Shown: one piece after another, positions 54,960-64,000 of the stretch
Numbering within the stretch: the stretch's first letter is position 1
How the letters are laid out: the number at the start of each line of letters is the position of its first letter
NCBI GenBank assembly: GCA_030141605.1
Contig: JAQGDQ010000828.1
Coordinates: 27,148-91,147 of the forward strand
Source of the DNA: Tubiluchus corallicola
Taxonomy: Eukaryota; Animalia; Priapulida
Direction: 5' to 3'
DNA length: 64,000 nucleotides
Notes under the pieces: generated by a model
Seen by the model: only the letters and a program-made list of their open reading frames with translations
Databases searched by the model: none
Told to the model about the DNA's origin: nothing
Position numbers and translations under genes: made by a program

Positions 54960-55632
54960 TGTTTCCTAGAAGTAAGGAAAGAGCACAGTGAAGTCATTGC
55001 CCTGACGTGATTGCGTCCTAGAAGTAAGGAAAGAGCACAGTGAGTCATTGCCCTGATATAACTGTTTCCAAGAAGTGAGGAAAGAGCACAGTGAAGTCAT
55101 TGCCCTGATGCGACTGTTTCCTAGAAGTGAGGAAAGAGCACAGTGAGTCATTGCCCTGATATGACTGTTTCCTAGAAGTAAGGAAAGAGCACAGTGAGTC
55201 ATTGCCCTGATATGACTGTTTCCAAGAAGTGAGGAAAGAGCACAGTGAAGTCATTGCCCTGATGCGACTGTTTCCTAGAAGTAAGGAAAGAGCACAGTGA
55301 GTCATTGCCCTGATATGACTGTTTCCTAGAAGTGAGGAAAGAGCACAGTGAGTCTCGATATGACTGTTTCCTAGAAGTGAGGAAAGAGCACAGTGAGTCA
55401 TTGCCCTGATATGACTGTTTCCTAGAAGTGAGGAAAGAGCACAGTGAGTCATTGCCCTGATATGACTGTTTCCTAGAAGTGAGGAAAGAGCACAGTGAGT
55501 CATTGCCCTGATATGACTGTTTCCTAGAAGTGAGGAAAGAGCACAGTGAGTCATTGCCCTGACGTGACTGTTTCCTAGAAGTGAGGAAAGAGCACAATTA
55601 GTCATTGCCCTGACGTGATTGTTTCCTAGAAG
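54960..55632. repeat. 51-bp minisatellite, about 13 copies
   Basis: gtttcctagaagtgaggaaagagcacagtgagtcattgccctgatatgact. Confidence 0.96.
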
Positions 55633-56059
55633 TGGATGCAGGTGTTTTTGGCTATTTCTAGGAAGTAATCACATCTGGTCATAACTGTATCCAGGAAATA
55701 GGGAAATGAGCACATCTGGTCATTACTGTTGTAAATTGCCGCAAATTTTGAACACCTAATCGTGATCATCGAATTCATGGTCGGCAGCTGAAGCTTAATT
55801 ATTATTTTTGGGAAATAGTTCAAGGGTGACTGTAGTAAAGCAAGGCGTATGTTGGCAAGCGAATTTAATCAATGTGAATAGACACTGAGTTCACGGTTTT
55901 TGCCATGCTTTGAATGGTGCCTATAAAACAATATAGCATGATGCGGAATGCTAGTGGCGTGAAGTTTGAACGTGTATATGTATAGCACGACGAAATATGA
56001 ACCTCTGAACAATTAATTTAACCTCGAGAGCTGAGCGGAAATGAACGAATTGAATGCAA

Positions 56060-57215
56060 AAATTAATAGCGTGTAAAAGATTCAGTGCCATGGTGGCAAT
56101 TTCTGCTGCATGCTGTTGCCCATTACGTTTGGGCAATCCACTGGTTACCATGTATGCGTCTCCTATGGTTTCCACCTATAAAAAAGCAGTTTTGTCGATT
56201 TGCTTTTTGGAAAAGAATTCACAATAAATTTAGGTGCAATCAGAGCATTGCCTGTAAACGCAATTTTTCTTCTTGTAGTAACCGGGCAGTAGTCGCACAC
56301 AGTAGAGCATAAGCTTTGCCAACAAAAAGCTACAGTAAAGCGTTTGAAATATGTTTTTATATCATTAAGCGCACATAACAACTAATTAAGCTTAAAAATA
56401 GCACACCTTATACACGTCATGCATTTCGATGACATCATCTAATAACGTGTAGAGGTCGTTCAGCAGGTTTACTATCTAGGAAAAAAATAAAGTAGTATTA
56501 ATCGGTGACAGTGACAATACTGCGATTGTTTCTTTTTTTTGAAATATACTAAGTAAAGTATAGGTAAAGGAGTCCAACTTTTTATTGCTAGCGATGAAAA
56601 TATGACGAAAAGGATGATCGTGATACATGTAATAATAATACATGTACATGTAATCAATTAATAAGAGGCGAATAGGTATCATAATGATGGTGACTTATTC
56701 GAGATTCTTCCTGCTTTTAATAAATTGACATCAAGTAATGGGTTACTAATAAGCGCAAATTGGAGATTATTTCATAATGTGCCAGACCTATTTAGACTTC
56801 TGAATGTGTCTGTAAACATTACTAATTGCAAGGTGATTATTATGAACTCGTCGATTTTTCAGTTGAAGCCATAAACAGCTGAGGTCGCTATTAATTAGCT
56901 GAATCTAAATGGTGCAGTTGTATTGATGTTCTAGGCTAAGGTTAATAAATTCTTCATTAATACATTGTGAATACAAAGTGTGTCAGGAGTAGACTCGCTC
57001 TCTATGCGTCCCAACTTCCGTATTTGCAAAAATGTAAAGATGATGTAACCACGTAAAAATAATGAGTTTTTGTAACATGTATGCAACGCACCTGCATTGG
57101 CGAACTCTCCGAAGCAATCATAGTAAATCTTACAATGTCGGAAAAGAAGACAGTAACTTCTTCAAATGATTCTGGAGCTACGAGCTTTCCATGCTTTAAC
57201 TGCTCTGCCACGTAG
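56060..57215 (-). pseudogene. Receptor-type guanylate cyclase catalytic exons (57092..57215, 56407..56475, 56175..about 56060), truncated
   Basis: [31 protein letters not shown] / IVNLLNDLYT..DVYK / [26 protein letters not shown] with canonical splice sites. Homology is lost after LLHAI, and no PRYCLFGDTVN exon is present. Confidence 0.85.
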
Positions 57216-57298
57216 CTGAAACACGTTTAAAAACAAAGCGCCGTAGTTAATTTTCATAAACTTATTTATTCTTCGTAATAGCTTGTAATAAGAACTAT

Positions 57299-59761
57299 TG
57301 TTATGAGTTGGAATTGGTTACACAAAACATGGTGAATAAACGGAGATGCATTTGCGACATTAATTCCTTTTCATTGCCAGTAAACATAAATTAACAAAAA
57401 CAAAACATCAGGGCTGTCATCCTGAGCAGCCGATATTACTTCCACCTCAATAACAACTCCCTAACTAACTAGGTCAAAAGCAAGTACAGAACACAGGTAA
57501 GAAGTTAACCTGGCGCTTAAACTAAAATCGGCAGGCGGGTCATAACATCTCACCCCCCATAAGAAAAAAAAACTGTGTTTTGTGTTTAGGTTTACTTTAA
57601 ACACAGTATCTTGATAAGGTGTCCGCTAACACATTGTCTTTACCCTTGACATGTACAATAATTAAATCATACTGTTGGAGGAACAGACTCCATCGCAATA
57701 AACGTTGATTCTTATTTCTGAATCTGTGTAAAAATGTCAATGGATTATGGTCCGTAAATACACCAGTGGGTGAGTGATTACAAGTAACATAAATCTCGAA
57801 ATGTTGCGTAGCCAAACTGAGTAAACAACTTCAGTTAAGCATCAACTACTGCTGGAACTGTTATCTTCTTTAAAGGTATATCTTCTGGAAACCTCGTCGT
57901 CAGATCCATATTAATAAGAAGATGCTGATATCCTGACTTGGTTTTCGGCAGTGGCCCTACACAGTCAATTAGGATTCTACTGAATGGTTCCTCAAATATT
58001 GGAAGTGGAGCTATAGGAATTTTCTGGTTTGGTTTGTCCACCATTTGGCAAACATGACAAGTTTTACAAAATTGGGAGACATCTTTTCTCAACTTTGACC
58101 AAAAGAAGTTTTGTAAAATTTCATCTTGCGTCTTCTTATCTCCAGCGTGTCCGGCTAATGGCAATTCATGGGCTATCGTCATTAGTTCTTTACGGTAACG
58201 TTGTGGTACTACAATTTGGTGGTGTACACGCCAATCTTCATCTGCAGGAGCATCTGGTGGTCTCCACTTTCTCATGAGTACTTTGGACTGCATGTAGTAG
58301 CCTTCTGAAACATTGTCAATTTCCTCTTGTGGCATGACTAGTGAAAAGAGCTTGTTAAGAGAAGGATCATTTGTCTGTGCCTTAATAAGTTCCTCTTGTT
58401 TCAGAGATAATGTTGGTGAATTTTTATCCATCTGTTTGGCATCGTGTGGCTTAAAGCCGTCGAACCACTTTCGTTCTCTCTTGAGAAGGTAGAGGGTGGT
58501 GAACTATCTTTGTCATCCACTTGTTCTGAGCTGCTATCTTTGTTAGTCTGAGCCTGTGATCTTGTTACAACACAAGCAGGAAAAATTCCAGGATGCATTT
58601 CTTCAAGAATTTCAGTTTCCGCATGCATTTTTGGCTCAGGAGTGACAATAGGTATAGCGGTTATAACCTCATCCCCAGCAACATCATTGCCAAGTAATAG
58701 GGACACTCCATCTACTAGAATGTGAGAAACAATTCCTACTGTCACAGGACCTTTATCATAGTCCGAATTGTGAAGTGGTACATCTATGTATCCTCCTTCA
58801 ATACCTTGAATTAAAGCGCTAGCATTTGTATAAGAAGTTTCATCAAGAGGGATTACACCCTGTAATAATAGTGACTGAGCAGCTCCTGTGTCTCTTAAAA
58901 TTGTAACAGGTTTAATTGTGTCCACAGATGACACTGGCGACACTTTACCTGACGATAGAAAACTGCTATAGGTACCTTCTTTTGAAGAGTTGTGGGCAAA
59001 AGCAACTGGAGAGCCGGCTCGTAAGAGAATCCGACACTCTGACTTGAGATTCCTTTTCTTGCGGCAATATGCACATGTAGGCCCATCACGTGCAAAGCCT
59101 CCTCCTGATGCATCTTTATTATCTTGGTGGCGGCCTCCTTGGAGCTTACAGTTTCCAAATGAGCAGTTTTTTCTTTTTCTAGAAATTTGAAGCAGTCTGT
59201 TTTAACATGACCTTTTTTGTTACAATAGGTGCACTGTACAGATTTAAAATTAGTTTTATTTGCTAATTCATAATCATCTGCCATAACAGCTGCTTTTTGC
59301 AAAGAGTCTACCTTTTGATTCTCCAAATGCGTTTTGATTTGCATAGGGATACTGCTTTTAAAATCTTCCAGTAAAACCATTTGCCTTAGTTTTTCATAAG
59401 ATTTCCCAACGTTTAATGAACGACACCATCTGTCTAACATAACTTCTTTATTTCTTGCAAACTCGACATAAGTTTGATTTGACGCTTTCCGACTGTTCCT
59501 AAATCGTTGGCGATAGGCTTCTGGTACTAATTCATATGCCTTTAGCACAGCGGATTTCAATTGTTCATAATTTGAACTCTGAGTGGGGGGTAGAGAAGCG
59601 TAAATCTCCTGTGCTTTGCCTGTAAAACTGCTTTGTAACAATACAGGCCAATGAGCTTTTGGCCATTTGAGATTGTTGGCAATTTTCTCAAAGGTTAGAA
59701 AAAATGTTTCAACATCTGTTTCACTAAATTTAGGTACAAGGCGAATGTTTTTTATTATCAC
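57299..59761 (-). mobile_element. Gmr1-like Gypsy LTR retrotransposon, internally deleted; 3' LTR 57299..57547
   Basis: Gag (FEKIA..WPK..YELVPEAYRQRFR, CTYCNKKGHVKTDC), protease LRDTGA, integrase GH..CHVCQ..IDCVGPLP, then the RNase H end TDHNPL..RWSLFLQ..NVLADTLSR. PPT tggggggtgaga; LTR TGTTATGA...TCATAACA. Confidence 0.88.
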
Positions 59762-62700
59762 AAGTAATTATTAAGTCTAATTCTATAACGTGGATATTAC
59801 AATATGAGTGTGCCAAAAATTTTTTAAAATAAAATGTAATCACCATTTTTCTTTATAGCTCTTAAAACTATTTTACACAAACTTCATCACAACAGCCTGC
59901 AAAAATTACTTTCGCTTAGTGCGAGGTTTAGCTCAAAAGATCTGTAAAACTGTTGGTACTAACTTGTAAAACTCATTTATTCACGCGGTTTTGTGGTATA
60001 TTTTATTATTTACTGGTTTAGTTATTTATTTAAATATATTTTGTTTGTTTTTATTACCTCTATGATGAAATTCTGTTTTTACTTCAGAGTACGTCAAAGT
60101 AAAAGCGCGCGCATGCGCGCCACTGCTAAGACAGGTTCCGCTGAACACGCGTGGCGTCAGTGAGGTGCTGTGGTTGTTAAGCACGATTTACAAAGTTTTT
60201 TGAAACTAAATTTGCTGGAAATAAGATGTTTGGAGACAAAGAAAGTGCGGTATCGTTAGCAGGAACTTGGCGATAATGGTGATCACTGTAATAATTGACA
60301 TTTATTGCGAACTAAGTTGTTCAAGCGTTTGAAATTCACGATTGTCAACTTTGATGCATGACTTGCAGACTGTACTATATAGACAAACTTCTTAGATATG
60401 TTAAATGCAGAAATGTGCAATGCAAACCCGTTTCCTTACCAACATTTTTTTATATTTCTCTAAAAATTTGATATTTGCACTTGTGTGTAAAGATATTAAA
60501 GCACAGATACTGAAGGGAATATAGCTATACAATTGCAGTTTTTCTAGCGTATTAAAATGAGCTCCTTAAATGTAATAATTCAGTTTTTTCTTTCAGTATT
60601 TTCAAGGTCAGATAGCCATTCGTAATCGTAATTATTGTTTTTCTTTCAAGGTCAAACAGCCATACATAATCGTAACTATTATAATGTAGTTGCAGCGGTA
60701 CGCAAAAACATTTACTGCTTAATACTTATGAGACCTCAGTTTAGGGCTGCAAATTTACAATTCTTTCTCATTAAAAATCAATTTTTAATTTGGTCATTTT
60801 GTACGTGTTTAGTTTTGTTGTTATAGACTATATCTGACGCAAATAAAAATCGTTTCTTATTTTTGAATTTTATATAATATTGACATTTTCTAGCTAGTAA
60901 AAATTAATTTTTATTGGGATTAGACAATGTACAAAAAATAGCTAAAAAATATATCTGCTATACTATGCTAAGTAATTTATTTTTGTGTGTCCCAGTATTC
61001 GCTTATCCTTGAAAAGTTTGTGGGCCTAGTTAAACGAGCACAATTTCAGCGTACAGAAAGATTTACCTTATGCACAACTGTAAGTTCTTAGGGTAAGGTA
61101 AGGTTGTCTACTCAATGGCTTCATTTTGTAAAAGGTGTCAGAAAATGATTGCCCCACCACATTATGTCGAAGAAACTAAAAATAATAAATAAATTTCTGC
61201 AAAATTACGAGAAAAGAGATTAAATTTTGAGTGAAGAACACTTACTGGATAGACAAAGTACGATTCATGTTGACTTCTCAATGGCAGTTCGAGTAATGAC
61301 ATTTCCTCAAGAACTTTGTATATATATATATAATAATCTTTATTTGCCATTAAAATACATTGATAATCACTGATAAAAACTTTACAGAGATGATCAATCA
61401 GTGTTAGTTAATAAAAACTTACACTGCTAAAGGCAAATGCGTCAGTGCAATCTAAACTACTGTGCAGTAATGGAAAGTAACGACGAATAAAATCAATCAA
61501 ACGTAGTAGTAGTAGTAGTAGTAGTAACTATGCAGAGTAGGTTTTAGAATGTAGATTTTTGATTTCGTATTCTGATGCAATAATTGTGAAAGACAATGAA
61601 TATAAGAACTATTGCTGTGATTAAAATATTAAAAAATACGTTTATACCTTCTTGTGATAACATTAAAGTATGGCTGAGGCTAGATTTGGCTGTTTGTTTT
61701 TTTAAATTTTTTTAACTTTTATAACTTTTAGACATTAGCTGTTTTAATCTTGCTAGACCTGCTTTGTATCAACGAATTTTTATTATAAAAAAGAATTAAA
61801 GTGTGGCGAGCTACATCATCCATTGAGCTCATAAAACTTTAATCATAGATAATTATTTACCATGACGCTGAGGTGCATAACTACTAAATTACATTAAATT
61901 TACCTTTAAAGGTAAATCGCCTTATAAAACTATATTACTTTATAGCAATTTTATGCTTAATTCGTACTCGCGTTAAAATAATTTTTTTTGTTTGTTTTCA
62001 TTTTAAATTTCTCGCAATATTCTTCCGATGGCGCCATTACATGACGTCATATACGCACAACTCAAATCAGGGAAGAAAAGCAAATGTTAAACTATGTCCC
62101 AAAAAACTTTTCATGCAAAGATACATTACTTAGTATTTCGCTTACCTGTTTCAAAGACTTACGTAACTAGAAAAGAAAAGTATTAATTATGTAAAATGTT
62201 TTCACCAATTGGAAAAATGTGGTTGACTCACCTCCAGGGTGCACCACTCACTAATAAAAAAATTATTTTTTTAATCTTATTGACAAAATACAGTAATTTA
62301 TAATTTTACTTAGTTTGTAACGTCTGTGCTACGAATGCTCAGATTATTTTCTCAAACTTTACACAATGTTATCTAAACTTGTTTCAAATAACTTATCATC
62401 AAAATGGCTGTGTCTAACGGTCATCGCGGGAGTTTAAATTGACAAGTTTTTAAAAAATCTCAAGCATGTTGAGAACTGGGGTAATATGATCACATTTTGA
62501 AAGCTATGAAATGGTTTGGGCTGTCAATATATTATTATTAACGCTTACTTTCACTTACCAGAATGTTTTGCTATTATAAAGAGTCCAGTAACCATCGTGC
62601 CCAAAAGACCATAAAAAATGGCTCTCCATAGAAGAATTAGCAGTTTTTTGTTCATCAAAGTCTACAAAGGAAGGTATTTATCCGACCAGAACCAAAAGCA

Positions 62701-62899
62701 ACACAGAAAAGAAATTCAAGAAACATTCAGCAAATTGCTGATCTCATGTGATGTCTGCTAATCAGAAATTGGACCTTTTTCCGATCAAATGATTCAACTA
62801 GCTAGCCTTGACATCCGTGAAAAAATTTATTATTTAAGAGACAGTGATTTTTATCTAGTAGTCTATCATGTTGATGACCTTGCTTAAGGGCGATTTTTT

Positions 62900-63058
62900 C
62901 TGAACACCTAATAGAATTGCTAAAACATCCTACATAGTCCTCATTTATAACGTAAAGTCAGCAGCTTTTACTGAATTAAGTTGTAAGCTTATAAGCAGAG
63001 TATGAAGGATTTTTCCAAGCGAAAATCGTGCAAAATGGAACCTCAAATCAACTCGTCA
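62900..63058 (+). repeat. Fragment of a dispersed repeat also present at about 31490..31670 and (inverted) about 43590..43770
   Basis: ttttactgaattaa...cagagtat...tttcaagcgaaaat...aactcgtc is shared. Confidence 0.65.
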
Positions 63059-63079
63059 CAGCACCCCAGGAAGCAAGCG

Positions 63080-64000
<921 letters not shown>

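Noticed and set aside
3388-57215. A fertilisation-related cluster (polycystin/REJ, receptor guanylate cyclase, fucosyltransferase)
   Set aside because: All three are large families, most copies here are broken, and there is no evidence of co-regulation or conserved synteny.
60104-60170. NRF1-like GCGCATGCGC motif (also near 10089) as a promoter
   Set aside because: Short motifs with no identifiable associated transcript start.

Overview
This is AT-rich, intron-containing animal (probably invertebrate) genomic DNA, dense in minisatellites and transposon remnants. Genes: (1) the 3' exons of an apparently intact polycystin/PKD1-like channel gene, with a likely GC-AG intron. (2) A diverged, damaged polycystin paralogue on the minus strand, plus a recent 1.1-kb inverted partial duplicate of it. 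(3) A frameshifted GT10 alpha-1,3-fucosyltransferase. (4) A two-exon LRR + LRRCT + hydrophobic-tail gene. (5) Truncated receptor guanylate cyclase catalytic exons. (6) A small mosaic secreted-protein gene (EGF exon, 54-nt CPIC-(GPP)3 exon, Gly/Tyr-rich 13-aa repeats with dibasic sites) that the ORF track misses. Mobile elements: a BEL/Pao LTR retrotransposon, a Gmr1-like Gypsy (PR-INT-RH order), CR1/L2 and RTE LINE remnants, a solo-LTR family with perfect 5-bp TSDs, a piggyBac-type MITE and other hairpin elements. The standout observation is that the BEL/Pao element carries an intronless glycogenin (GT8) N-terminal domain fused in frame between its gag-like N-terminus and its aspartic protease. 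All calls were made by eye from motifs; no database searches were run.
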